Part shown: piece after piece, positions 38,099-47,254 of the stretch
How the letters are laid out: the number at the start of each line of letters is the position of its first letter
Position numbering within the stretch: position 1 is the stretch's first letter
Assembly (NCBI GenBank): GCA_963743915.1
Contig: CAVURN010000001.1
Coordinates: 480,001-544,000 of the forward strand
Length of the DNA: 64,000 nucleotides
Reading direction: 5' to 3'
DNA from: an uncultured Actinomycetota bacterium
GTDB taxonomy: Bacteria; Actinomycetota; Actinomycetes; JAHEKZ01
Translations under genes and position numbers: made by a program
Notes under the pieces: generated by a model
The model's database searches: none
Seen by the model: only the letters and a program-made list of their open reading frames with translations
What the model was told of the DNA's origin: nothing

Positions 38099-39298
38099 GT
38101 GGAGACCTCTGAGTTCACAACCGACGCCCTCGGGAGCGCCGACGTCATGGATGTCGACCTCCCCGAGTCCGCTGCCGACCCCCTGCCCGCGCCGGCACAG
38201 ACCCAGCAGACGGGGCCGCTGTCGGTCGAGCCCTACCTCCGTGCGCTGGTCGAGGTGGGTGGCTCGGACCTGCACTGCAAGACCGGGTCGCCGCCACGGG
38301 TCCGGATCGATGGTCGACTGCGCAAGCTGCAGGCCCCGACCCTCACCGCCACCGACACCGAGCACATGGTCGGTGAGGTGCTGCGGGACCGTCCCGACCT
38401 CTGGCAGGAGTTCCTGGCGACCAACGAGGCGGACTTTGCGCACTCGATCCCCGGCGTCGGCCGCTTCCGCGTCAACGCCTTCCGGGCGCGTGGCTCAGCG
38501 GGGCTGGTCTTCCGCCGCGTCTCCGTCGGGGCGATCGGGCTCGAGGACCTCGGACTGCCGCAGGTCGTGTCCGCGCTGTCCATGGAGCCGCGCGGCCTGG
38601 TGCTCGTGACGGGACCGACGGGCTCGGGCAAGACGACCACGCTCGCGGGCATGATCGACGAGATCAACAACAACCGCGAGGTGCATGTCGTCACGATCGA
38701 GGACCCCATCGAGGTCCTGCACTTCGACAAGCTCTCGATGATCAACCAGCGCGAGGTGAAGCTCGACACCTCCGGCTTCCACACCGCGCTGCGCGCCGCG
38801 ATGCGGCAGGACCCCGACGTGATCCTCGTGGGTGAGATGCGTGACTCCGAGACCGTCAAGGCTGCGCTCGCCGCGGCCGAGACCGGTCACTTCGTGCTGT
38901 CGACTCTGCACACGACGGACGCGGCTGAGACCGTCAACCGCATCATCGACTTCTTCCCGCCGCACGAGCAGAAGCAGATCCGGATGACACTCTCGGAGTC
39001 GCTGCGGGGGATCCTCTGCCAGCGGCTGGTGCCCCGGTCGGACGGGTACGGCCGGTGCGTCACCATGGAGGTCCTCGTCAACACCGGCCGGATCGCCGAC
39101 GCCATCGCCGACCCCGAGAAGACCGGCACGATCACCCAGCTGATCAGCGAGGGCTCGTACTACGGGATGCAGACCTTCGACCAGCACCTGGTCTCGCTCA
39201 TCCGAGACGGCGTCATCACGCTGGAAGCGGCGATGCTGGCGTCGAGCAGCCCGCACGACCTCACCGTCGAGCTGCGTCGCCTGGGCCTGGTGGCCTGA
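38099..39298 (+). CDS. pilT: Type IV pilus retraction ATPase PilT/PilU family
   Basis: GSDLH, GPTGSGKTTT, TIEDPIE, RQDPDVILVGEMRD, TGH..STLHT, GMQTFDQ. Confidence 0.9.
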   Translation: METSEFTTDALGSADVMDVDLPESAADPLPAPAQTQQTGPLSVEPYLRALVEVGGSDLHCKTGSPPRVRIDGRLRKLQAPTLTATDTEHMVGEVLRDRPDLWQEFLATNEADFAHSIPGVGRFRVNAFRARGSAGLVFRRVSVGAIGLEDLGLPQVVSALSMEPRGLVLVTGPTGSGKTTTLAGMIDEINNNREVHVVTIEDPIEVLHFDKLSMINQREVKLDTSGFHTALRAAMRQDPDVILVGEMRDSETVKAALAAAETGHFVLSTLHTTDAAETVNRIIDFFPPHEQKQIRMTLSESLRGILCQRLVPRSDGYGRCVTMEVLVNTGRIADAIADPEKTGTITQLISEGSYYGMQTFDQHLVSLIRDGVITLEAAMLASSSPHDLTVELRRLGLVA

Positions 39299-39388
39299 CC
39301 GAGGCACTCTGCCGCGGCACCGACCCACCGGCTGAAGCCTGTCCGTCCTCGCTCTGCGGGAACTCGCCGATCCGCCTAGCCTGACGCC

Positions 39389-39775
39389 ATGGCGCTCGAG
39401 GTAGGACTTCAGGCGGCGTTGGTCCACACGGTCGCCGCTGACGACACCGCGGAGGCCGTCGGCAGCGGCGACGTACCTGTGCTGGCCACCCCGCGGCTGC
39501 TCGCCCTGGCCGAGGCGGCCTGCATCGCCGGCCTCGGCGACGGGGTGCTGGCAGCCACGAGCACCACGGTAGGCACCCGCGTCGAGCTCGAGCACCTGCT
39601 GGCACTTCGGGTCGGCGAGACCGTCCGGGTGGCTGCCCGCCTCGATCACCTCGACGGGCGGCTGCTCCGCTTCGAGGTGGTGGCCACCGACGACGGGGAC
39701 CGCCTCGTGGGACGGGCGGTCATCACCCGGGTGCTGGTCGACCGCGAGCGTTTCCTGGCCCGGACACGCCACTGA
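39389..39775 (+). CDS. Hot-dog thioesterase (FlK-like)
   Basis: GSGDVPVLATP..LAEAA, TTVGT..LEHL. Confidence 0.88.
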   Translation: MALEVGLQAALVHTVAADDTAEAVGSGDVPVLATPRLLALAEAACIAGLGDGVLAATSTTVGTRVELEHLLALRVGETVRVAARLDHLDGRLLRFEVVATDDGDRLVGRAVITRVLVDRERFLARTRH

Positions 39776-39832
39776 CCCGGTGCTCCGGAGAGCAGCCGGG
39801 TCAGTGGAGGGGGAGCGGGTGCCCGCATGGCG

Positions 39833-40003
39833 TCACGAGATCCCGAGGCGGCTCCACGCCAGGGCGTCCTCACGCCAGTCGTCGGAGGGTCCCGGAGGGG
39901 TCGCCGGGCGGTCCTGCCGGATCAGCCGGACGATGGCGAGGGTGACGCCGGCGAAGCTGGCGGCCATCAGCAGAAGCAGGAACAGGGAGCTGAGCGCGTT
40001 CAT
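39833..40003 (-). CDS. Small single-TM protein (56 aa)
   Basis: Manual translation MNALSSLFLLLLMAASFAGVTLAIVRLIRQDRPATPPGPSDDWREDALAWSRLGIS; GAGAGGA RBS. Confidence 0.6.
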   Translation of the reverse strand: MNALSSLFLLLLMAASFAGVTLAIVRLIRQDRPATPPGPSDDWREDALAWSRLGIS

Positions 40004-40022
40004 GGTGGTGTCCTCTCGAAGG

Positions 40023-40166
40023 TCAGGAGTCGTCGGCGAGGCCGAGGAACGTGTCGGTGGACGCGGGGCGCGACCGCCGGTGCGAGGTGCGGACCCGGCG
40101 TCGCCGGGCCGGCGGGGCGGTGGTGAGCAGGTGCAGGGCCACTGGGCTGGGGCTGAACTGGTACAT
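40023..40166 (-). CDS. Small ORF (47 aa), possibly leaderless
   Basis: MYQFSPSPVALHLLTTAPPARRRRVR...; starts at the edge of the regulator operator. Confidence 0.4.
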   Translation of the reverse strand: MYQFSPSPVALHLLTTAPPARRRRVRTSHRRSRPASTDTFLGLADDS

Positions 40167-40238
40167 GGCAGTAAGTTTGCGGGAAGTCAGTTCCTGCCAA
40201 CAGTGGCACTCTTGACATGGTTCGTAAACTTCCTGCCA
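40166..40238. promoter_or_regulatory. AdpA/GlxA-type TGGC boxes (two inverted pairs)
   Basis: TGGCAGTAAG...GTTCCTGCCA and TGGCACTCTT...CTTCCTGCCA; TTGACA and CATAAT hexamers before the regulator ATG. Confidence 0.6.
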
Positions 40239-40248
40239 TAATGGCCCC

Positions 40249-41199
40249 ATGTTGCAGAACGTGGTCGCGCTCGCCCTGCCCGGAGTGGCGCCGTTCGAGC
40301 TGGGAGTCGTCTGCGAGGTCTTCGGGATCGACCGCAGCGACGTCGGACTGCCGGCCTTCGACTTCGCTGTGGTCTCCGAGGACGGCGCGCCGGTGCAGTC
40401 CTCCATCGGGTTCACCATTGCGCCGACGGACGGCCTCGAGCGGGCCGCACAGGCCGACCTGGTGTGTGTCCCGGCGTCCTCCACCGACCGCGAGGTGACG
40501 CCGGCGGTTCGTGAGCTGCTGCAGCAGACCGTGGCCCGTGGGGGACGAGTGCTCAGCGTCTGCAGCGGCGCGTTCACGTTGGGTGCTGCCGGGCTGCTCG
40601 ACGACCGACCCTGCACCACGCACTGGTTCCACGTCGACGAGCTGCGTGAACGATTCCCGAAGGCACGTGTCGTCCCCGACGTCCTCTACGTCGACGACGA
40701 CCTCGTCATCACCAGTGCAGGGACCGCCGCAGGCATCGACGCCTGCCTGCACCTGGTCCGCAAGGAGCTCGGAGCCGAGGCCGCCAACGGCATCGCCCGA
40801 CGCATGGTGGTGCCGCCGCACCGGGAGGGTGGCCAGGCGCAGTACGTCCAGCGTCCGGTCGCGGCGTGTGAGTCCGAGGCCATGAGTCCAGTCGTGGACT
40901 GGATGCTCGAGAACCTTGACGCCGATCTCACCATCGACGACCTGGCCGCGAAGGCGCACATGTCACCGCGAACCTTCGCCCGCCGGTTCAAGGCAGAGAC
41001 CGGCAGCACCCCGCACGCCTGGCTCACGGCGCAGCGCGTGCTGCACGCCGAGCAGCTGCTCGAACAGACCGACGACTCGATCGAGCGGGTGGCCGAGCTG
41101 GCCGGCTTCGGCTCGGCGACGCTGCTCCGTCACCACTTCGTGCGCGCCCGCGGCACGACACCTCAGTCGTACCGTCGCACCTTTCGTCAGAGTGCCTGA
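40249..41199 (+). CDS. GlxA/AdpA-family AraC regulator (DJ-1 + HTH)
   Basis: PFELGVVCEVFG, SVCSGAF, TSAGTAAGIDACLH, PPHREGGQAQY, MSPRTFARRF. Confidence 0.93.
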   Translation: MLQNVVALALPGVAPFELGVVCEVFGIDRSDVGLPAFDFAVVSEDGAPVQSSIGFTIAPTDGLERAAQADLVCVPASSTDREVTPAVRELLQQTVARGGRVLSVCSGAFTLGAAGLLDDRPCTTHWFHVDELRERFPKARVVPDVLYVDDDLVITSAGTAAGIDACLHLVRKELGAEAANGIARRMVVPPHREGGQAQYVQRPVAACESEAMSPVVDWMLENLDADLTIDDLAAKAHMSPRTFARRFKAETGSTPHAWLTAQRVLHAEQLLEQTDDSIERVAELAGFGSATLLRHHFVRARGTTPQSYRRTFRQSA

Positions 41200-41222
41200 G
41201 GTGTCCGCGTAGCCTCCCGGTC

Positions 41223-42125
41223 ATGCGGTTCTCCGTGTGGCCCGACCAGGCCCGACCCTGGAACGAGGTCGCGGCCATCGCAGACCACGCGGAGCGGTCC
41301 GGGTGGGACGGGATCTACGTCTACGACCACTTCATGCCCGGAGAACCGTCCGACGTGGTGAGGGATGGTCCGGTCCTCGAGGGCTGGACGGTGCTCACCG
41401 CCCTCGCCTGTCGCACCGAGCGGCTGCGTCTGGGAACCCTGGTGCTGGGCAACCTCTATCGGCACCCGGCGGTGGTGGCGAACATGGCGGCGACACTCGA
41501 CCACATCAGCAACGGACGCCTCGTGCTCGGGCTGGGAGCGGGGTGGCAGCAGAACGAGCACGACGCGTACGGCATCGCACTGCCGCCGCCACCCCAGCGC
41601 CTCGACCAGCTCGACGAGGCCCTGGCCGTGATCTCATCCCTGCTGCACGAGCAGCGCACCACGTTTCACGGCCACTACTACGACGTCGAGGACGCGCCCT
41701 GCGACCCGAAGCCGCTCCAGCGCAGGCTGCCCATCCTGGTGGGCAGCAGCGGGGAGAGGCGCGGTATCCCGTTGGCCGCACGGTGGGCCGACGAGTGGAA
41801 CGCGTGGTCGACACTCGAGACGTTCCGTCGGATGTCCGGGGTGCTGGACGCGTCGGCGGAGGCGGCGGGTCGCGACCCCGCGTCGATCGCGCGCTCGACC
41901 CAGGCCGAGGTGGTCCTCGCACCCGGCGACGCGTCCCCCGCGTTCGACACCGACCAGACCCTCGGGGGCAGCGTCGAGCTCGTGGTGGACACGCTGGGAC
42001 GTTACGAGGAGGCAGGGCTCGATGAGTTCATCGTCCCCGACGACGCAGCAGTCCCGATCGAAGAGCGCCTGCAGCTGCTGGAGCAGTTCCGTTCTGAGGT
42101 CGTCACACGTCTCAGGCCGGGCTGA
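41223..42125 (+). CDS. LLM-class F420-dependent oxidoreductase
   Basis: YDHFMP, EGWTVL, RHPAVVANMAATLDHISNGR..LGLGAGW. Confidence 0.9.
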   Translation: MRFSVWPDQARPWNEVAAIADHAERSGWDGIYVYDHFMPGEPSDVVRDGPVLEGWTVLTALACRTERLRLGTLVLGNLYRHPAVVANMAATLDHISNGRLVLGLGAGWQQNEHDAYGIALPPPPQRLDQLDEALAVISSLLHEQRTTFHGHYYDVEDAPCDPKPLQRRLPILVGSSGERRGIPLAARWADEWNAWSTLETFRRMSGVLDASAEAAGRDPASIARSTQAEVVLAPGDASPAFDTDQTLGGSVELVVDTLGRYEEAGLDEFIVPDDAAVPIEERLQLLEQFRSEVVTRLRPG

Positions 42126-42621
42126 CCGGGCAGCGCGAGACCAGCAGCAGGACGTGCGGCACCGGCTTCCAGTCCCGGTCCGGAACACGCTCGTACCCGA
42201 GTGCGCGGTAGAAGGATGCAGCTCGTTCGTTGGAGTCGATCACCGACAGCACGACGGCCGCGTACCCCTCGGTCGCGGCGGTGGCGCGCGCATGCGCCAT
42301 GAGAGCGGTGCCGACGCCCGAGCGCTGGACGGTCGGATCCACCGCCAGCATCCGCACCTCGAGCTCGTCGGCCGATGCGATCTCGGCGTACGGCGTGCCG
42401 GGACGACAGAGGGTGATGGTGCCGACGACGACGTCGTCGCGGACCGCCACGAGCAGCTCAGCGTCGCTCGCGCGCCCGGCGGAGTCGGCCAGCGTCGCGC
42501 GGTACGGGTCGTCGTCGCCGTACTTCAGGGCCGGCAGGTACGCCGCCAGAGTGAGCGCCGTGATGCGGGACAGGTCCTCGGGCCGCGCCGCCCGGATCTC
42601 GACGGGGCGGATCTGCTCCAC
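42112..42621 (-). CDS. GNAT acetyltransferase
   Basis: RMLAVDPTVQRSGVG, FYRALGY. Confidence 0.88.
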   Translation of the reverse strand: MEQIRPVEIRAARPEDLSRITALTLAAYLPALKYGDDDPYRATLADSAGRASDAELLVAVRDDVVVGTITLCRPGTPYAEIASADELEVRMLAVDPTVQRSGVGTALMAHARATAATEGYAAVVLSVIDSNERAASFYRALGYERVPDRDWKPVPHVLLLVSRCPVSPA

Positions 42622-42631
42622 GGGGGCGGCG

Positions 42632-42877
42632 TCAGACGTTGGTGCGCAGGCGGTTGCGCCGCTTCAGGGCGCGCCGCTCGTCCTCGGACATGCCACCCCA
42701 GACCCCCGCGTCCTGGCCGGTCTCGAGCGCCCAGGCCAAGCAGGGCTCGATGACCTCGCAGCGACGGCAGACCGCTTTGGCCTCTTCGACCTGCAGCAAC
42801 GCCGGTCCGGTGTTGCCGATCGGGAAGAAGAGCTCGGGGTCCTCGTCACGGCAGGCGGCACGGTGGCGCCAGTCCAT
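42632..42877 (-). CDS. whiB1: WhiB1/WblE Fe-S transcription factor
   Basis: MDWRHRAACRDEDPELFFPIG..C..C..C..GVWGG. Confidence 0.95.
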   Translation of the reverse strand: MDWRHRAACRDEDPELFFPIGNTGPALLQVEEAKAVCRRCEVIEPCLAWALETGQDAGVWGGMSEDERRALKRRNRLRTNV

Positions 42878-43039
42878 GCGGATGCACACTCCTTGCAGAT
42901 CACAGTGCGCCCACCGGTGTCCCGGCCCGCGCACATCCGCCTCGGTCCCTCGGGGGGTGGGGGCCGAACGGCTGATCTAGCCTTTCAGATGGTTGAACGG
43001 TCCACAAGACGAGCGAGGGCGCGACCTGGCTCCCTGCCC

Positions 43040-43055
43040 TGTCAGATGCGTCACA
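43040..43055. promoter_or_regulatory. CRP-like site upstream of whiB1
   Basis: Minus strand TGTGA-CGCATC-TGACA; whiB1 is a known CRP target in mycobacteria. Confidence 0.6.
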
Positions 43056-43087
43056 TTGCCGCAGGTCAGACCGTGGGTGACCCGCGG

Positions 43088-44017
43088 TCACACGACCACG
43101 CGGAGCGCCTTCGGGACCGAGACCAGGGTGACCCGCTCGCGCTCGCCGAGGTAGTCACCGTCGACCTGGAAGGCGACCGGTTCGGCTGCGGTGACGGTGA
43201 GTCCGGCGACGTCATGGCGGTGGATGACGTTGCCCCCGCGGGGCGGCCGGGGCCGAGCGGAGAGCATGCGACCGGCGGTCAGCACGGTGCCGGGCAGCCG
43301 CACCCGGCGAAGGGCGAGCAGATCGAGGCCGAGGTCGAACGAGGCGCCGGGGAACGGATCGAGCGGGAGCCGACCGAGGTACGTCCACGGGGACGTGTTG
43401 CCGACCAGGACAAGCGCCACGGGTTCTTCAACCGGGTCCTCGAGGTCGGCGAGCTGAAGGGGTGCCGCCCGGCGTGCCTCCCGTCCGGCCATCGTGCGCA
43501 GGGCGGTGCGGACGTAGAGCGCGTGCGTGGAGCGGCGTCCCCCCTCGCGCTTCCGTTCGACCTGCGCGACGACGTCGGCGTCGAGGCCGAGGCCCGCGGT
43601 GAAGGTGAACCAGCGCTGGTCGGCACGACCGAGGCCGAGGGAGCGCTCGCGCCCCGCGCGCAGCGCCTCGAGCAGGTGCCCCGTGGCCTCGACATGGTCG
43701 TCGGGCATCCCGATGGCGCGCGCGAAGACGTTGGTGCTGCCACCCGGGACGACGGCCAGCGCCGGAGCACCGACGTCGACCCCATCGGCCAGCAGCCCGT
43801 TCACCGCCTCGTTCACCGTGCCGTCGCCGCCGAGGACGATGACCAGGTCGACGCCGGATCGAGCCGCGTCAAAGGCCAGCTCTGCCGCATGCCCACGGGC
43901 GCGCGTCTCGAGGACCTCGAGGTGCAGCTCGGACGAGAGCGCCTGACTGAGGACGTCGCGGGCACGGGGGCTGGTGGAGGTGGCATGGGGGTTCATCACC
44001 AGCCGGGCCCGCTGCAT
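43088..44017 (-). CDS. Diacylglycerol/lipid kinase family protein
   Basis: NPHAT, GGDGTVNE, PGGSTNVFAR, QVDGD. Confidence 0.92.
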   Translation of the reverse strand: MQRARLVMNPHATSTSPRARDVLSQALSSELHLEVLETRARGHAAELAFDAARSGVDLVIVLGGDGTVNEAVNGLLADGVDVGAPALAVVPGGSTNVFARAIGMPDDHVEATGHLLEALRAGRERSLGLGRADQRWFTFTAGLGLDADVVAQVERKREGGRRSTHALYVRTALRTMAGREARRAAPLQLADLEDPVEEPVALVLVGNTSPWTYLGRLPLDPFPGASFDLGLDLLALRRVRLPGTVLTAGRMLSARPRPPRGGNVIHRHDVAGLTVTAAEPVAFQVDGDYLGERERVTLVSVPKALRVVV

Positions 44018-44053
44018 GAGCGTCAGCGTACGCCGACGGTTACGCTCGCCGCC

Positions 44054-44485
44054 GTGACGACTGACCCCGGCGAACCGGCTCTCGAGGCAGCCGCACCCCT
44101 GCCTGCCCCGGTGCGTCTGCTGTCGGTGCTCGTCGCCGTGCAGGCGGTGCTGATGGTGACGTACCTGGCGGTGGACGTGGTGTCGGCGATCCGCAGCTCC
44201 GGGGCGGAGTGGGGGGCCGTCTGGTTCGCGCTGGTGGTGCTCGGCCTCTGGAGCGTGGGCCTGCTCTGGGTGTCCCGTGGGGTGCTGGCCGGCAAGCGGT
44301 GGGCCTTCACGCCGATCCTGTTCACCCAGCTGATCTTCGGCGCCGTGGCCATCAGCGTCTTCGGTGCGGCGGACACCGTGGCCAAGATCGTGTGGGCGTT
44401 GGTGGTGGTGTATGCGGTGGTCGTCCTCCGGCTGCTCTTCAGCGGGGAGGTGCGGCAGCACCTGGTGTACTCGTCAGCCGACTGA
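44054..44485 (+). CDS. Four-TM membrane protein
   Basis: Four hydrophobic segments; divergent from DAG kinase, in the Rv3217c-like position. Confidence 0.75.
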   Translation: MTTDPGEPALEAAAPLPAPVRLLSVLVAVQAVLMVTYLAVDVVSAIRSSGAEWGAVWFALVVLGLWSVGLLWVSRGVLAGKRWAFTPILFTQLIFGAVAISVFGAADTVAKIVWALVVVYAVVVLRLLFSGEVRQHLVYSSAD

Positions 44486-44508
44486 CCGGGGAGCCCCCGC
44501 GTCCTGAA

Positions 44509-44556
44509 GGTTGGGTGCAGTATCGGGCGCTCTGGCACCACTTTCTGCACCCAACC
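44509..44556. repeat. 12-bp inverted repeat between convergent genes (REP-like or terminator)
   Basis: GGTTGGGTGCAG-N24-CTGCACCCAACC. Confidence 0.55.
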
Positions 44557-44586
44557 GCGGCCATTGCGTCGTCGGGGGTGTCCGAG

Positions 44587-45133
44587 TCAGACCGCCTCGG
44601 GGTCGCCGGTGTCGTCGAACTGCCCCCGGGCCAGGCGCTCGAGCGCCGGACCGGTGAGGCGGTTGACGGTCCAGTCGTCCATCGAGATCGCGCCGATCCG
44701 TTTGTAGAACTCGACGGCGTGGATTCCAGTCGAGCACCCACCAGTCGAGCCGGGGATAGCCGCGTTCGACACAGATCTGCGCGAGGTGCTGCAGGAGCGC
44801 CTTGCCGTAGCCGAGCCCGCGGTACTGCTCGCGCACGTAGAGGTCGTCGAGGTAGATCGAGTGCTTCGCGGTCCAGGTGAAGAAGTTGCGGAACCAGACC
44901 GCCATGCCGGCGATCTCCCATCCAGGCGCGTCCGTCGCGGCCCCGTCGTCGGGATGGTGCTCGAGGATGGTGGCCCACACCGCTGGGTCCTCGCAGAAGA
45001 GCGCCTCGGCGAAGAGCGCCTCCGTCGACTGCACCTCGTGCCGCGCCTTCTCGTACTCGGCGAGCTCGCACACCATCGCGAAGATCTCCGGCACGTCGTC
45101 GGGGACCGATGGGCGGATGCGAAAGCTCGTCAT
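44587..45133 (-). CDS. SSAT-like GNAT acetyltransferase (frameshift near 44720)
   Basis: ELAEYEK, FFTW..IYLDDLYV..RGLGYG, WVLDWN; AVEFYKRIGA continues in another frame. Confidence 0.85.
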
Positions 45134-45936
45134 GCAGGTGAACCCTTCGTGGCGCGTCGGATGCGGACGTCGCCACTCACCGTATTGACCTTGAGGTCGA
45201 GCGGAGGCACATCCCCCGTGCCCGGCGTCGGAGAGATGTCGAGCTCCGAACGCGTCTCGCCGGACAGCGAGGAGACATCGAGGAGGGCGGGGACACCGGG
45301 AGCGATCCCCACCTCGACGTCGCCCGACACCGCCTGCACCGCAAGCGAGTGCGGCTCGGCACGGTGGATGACGACATCACCGGAGAGGCTGGTGATGGAG
45401 CTCTCGCCGGCAAGGGTGCCGAGGGCGATGTCACCAGATGCGGTCCGCACGGTTGCGCCGCCGACGACGCTGTCGGCAAAGACGTCCCCGGAGGCCAGGT
45501 GCACGCGCAGCTGGCCTCCGACGTGTCGGACCCGGACATCTCCCGACGCGCCCTTGACGACCACGTCGTCCGCGACGTCATCGAGTCGGGCGTCGCCGGA
45601 GCCGGAGGCGAACCGGAGACCGGCCACCCGGCCCCTGCTTCGCAGGTCGACCGCACCGCCGTCGATGTCGAGGGTCGTCTGCGCGGGGGTGTCGACGGTG
45701 ATGTCGAGGCCCTTGCGTCGCTTCCAGCCGGAGATGCCGCGACGGCGCTCGGTGACGGTAATGCGCAAGGAGCCGTCGGACTCCTCGGAGCTCTCGATGG
45801 TGACCTGATCGGGGTCCTGCTCCCCGGTCACTCGCAGGCTGACCGCACCCGCCTGCTCGCGGACGCGGACGTCGCCGGCCCCGATGGAGATCTCGAGGGT
45901 GACTGCACCTGGCGCGGGGAAGGTCATGGCCTCCAT
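45130..45936 (-). CDS. DUF4097 beta-strand repeat protein
   Basis: Repeated SGDV/SGDA/SGDI units. Confidence 0.88.
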   Translation of the reverse strand: MEAMTFPAPGAVTLEISIGAGDVRVREQAGAVSLRVTGEQDPDQVTIESSEESDGSLRITVTERRRGISGWKRRKGLDITVDTPAQTTLDIDGGAVDLRSRGRVAGLRFASGSGDARLDDVADDVVVKGASGDVRVRHVGGQLRVHLASGDVFADSVVGGATVRTASGDIALGTLAGESSITSLSGDVVIHRAEPHSLAVQAVSGDVEVGIAPGVPALLDVSSLSGETRSELDISPTPGTGDVPPLDLKVNTVSGDVRIRRATKGSPA

Positions 45937-45947
45937 GGGGTGCTCCT

Positions 45948-46415
45948 TCAGCCTTGGACGAAGCCGGTGATCCGGCGACCGGTGGACACCGGGCCCCTGC
46001 GGGGACCGGTGGTGGGGGAGAGGTGGTGCCGCGCGGCGGCGACGAGCCAGGCATTGGTTGAGACGCCCTCCGCGTCGGCCGCGGCCTCGATCGACGCCTT
46101 GAGCGCCTCGGGCATGCGGACCGTGAGTCGCGCGGTCTCCGATCCCTCGTCGACCGGCGTCGGCGCGTCGACCCCGGGCTCGGGGCGGTAGACGAGCACC
46201 GCGTCGCGTCCGGCGAGCTGCAGGTCGAGCCGACCCTCCGGCAGCTGACGAGACGCCTCGAGCGCCACCTCCCCGAGCAGGTCGAGCAGCTGGAGGTGGA
46301 GCGCCGGAGTGAGCGCCGTGGCCATGCGGTGGGCGAGGGCCTGGGCCTGCTCGTCGTCCCCGGCGACGGCCTCGAGGGCCTCGCGGATGGCGGTGACGTG
46401 CGGGGTGGTCTCCAT
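45948..46415 (-). CDS. HicB-like ribbon-helix-helix protein
   Basis: ARLTVRMPEALKASIEAAADAEGVSTNAWL; ends RRITGFVQG. Confidence 0.85.
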   Translation of the reverse strand: METTPHVTAIREALEAVAGDDEQAQALAHRMATALTPALHLQLLDLLGEVALEASRQLPEGRLDLQLAGRDAVLVYRPEPGVDAPTPVDEGSETARLTVRMPEALKASIEAAADAEGVSTNAWLVAAARHHLSPTTGPRRGPVSTGRRITGFVQG

Positions 46416-46552
46416 CAGGACAGGTCGCTCCTCGGGGCGGCGCGGAAGAGGGTCTCGTCACGCCGCGACGCGCGGCGCCGATCTGCTCGGCGGGGCTGCC
46501 GGAGGGCGCTCTCGCGCTGTGCGGCGAGCTCGGAGCTGACGAACGGGTTCAT
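46415..46552 (-). CDS. Small hypothetical protein (45 aa)
   Basis: MNPFVSSELAAQRESALRQ..; GAGGAGG RBS; stop overlaps the next start. Confidence 0.6.
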   Translation of the reverse strand: MNPFVSSELAAQRESALRQPRRADRRRASRRDETLFRAAPRSDLS

Positions 46553-46590
46553 GCCTGCCTCCTCGGCTCGACGTCGAAGCGACGCCTCAG

Positions 46591-46631
46591 TGGTGCCTTG
46601 ATGATGCCTTGATGACGTCACTATGACGTCA
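46591..46631. promoter_or_regulatory. Four 8-bp boxes at exact 11-bp period (RHH operator candidate)
   Basis: TGGTGCCT 46591, TGATGCCT 46602, TGACGTCA 46613, TGACGTCA 46624. Confidence 0.65.
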
Positions 46632-46680
46632 CACTGCCATCGTTGTCAAGAGGGCGACGGCGATTCGCGTCCGGAGACGC

Positions 46681-46712
46681 CGACGGCCCCCTCCACGGGG
46701 AGGGGGCCGTCG
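46681..46712 (-). terminator. sodN terminator hairpin
   Basis: CGACGGCCCCCTCC-ACGG-GGAGGGGGCCGTCG perfect stem. Confidence 0.75.
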
Positions 46713-46739
46713 GGGCAGTGCAGGGTGTCAGGCGGGGTG

Positions 46740-47132
46740 TCAGGCCTTCTTGGTCTCCCAGAAGATCGTCGCGATCTCGTCGATCTTGCCGAGGAGCTGG
46801 TCGGCGACGGCCACGTCGTTGGTGCCCTTGGTGCCGGCGGCACCGGCCAGCTTGGTGGCGTCGTTGAACAGCTCGTGCAGCTGCGGGTACTTCTCGAAGT
46901 GCGGGGGCTTGAAGTAGTCGGTCCACAGCACCCAGAGGTGCTCCTTGACCATGGTGGAGCGCTGCTCCTTGATGGCGACCGCGCGGGCCTTGAAGTCGGC
47001 GTCGTCACTGCCGGCGTACTTCTGCATGCAGGCCTTCACCGACTCGGCCTCGATCTTGGCCTGGGCCGGGTCGTAGACGCCGCAGGGCAGGTCGCAGTGG
47101 GCACGGACCTCGGCGATGAGCCGCAGAGCCAT
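46740..47132 (-). CDS. sodN: Nickel superoxide dismutase precursor
   Basis: Ni-hook HCDLPCGVYDP after an 11-aa leader; LWVLWTDYFKPPH. Confidence 0.96.
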   Translation of the reverse strand: MALRLIAEVRAHCDLPCGVYDPAQAKIEAESVKACMQKYAGSDDADFKARAVAIKEQRSTMVKEHLWVLWTDYFKPPHFEKYPQLHELFNDATKLAGAAGTKGTNDVAVADQLLGKIDEIATIFWETKKA

Positions 47133-47254
47133 GAGTCGGTCCTTTCGACGGGGGTGGGCTATGTCGGCGACACTACCCCCCATGTCGGACCCGCGCAGAA
47201 GGCCCTCGGAGCGCCGTTCCGGCCTCGGCCTGCTCGCTGGCCGGACGCGCCCTC

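Noticed and set aside
46591-46631. Short periodic repeats as a CRISPR remnant
   Set aside because: Units are 11 bp with no spacers and no cas genes; better explained as an operator.
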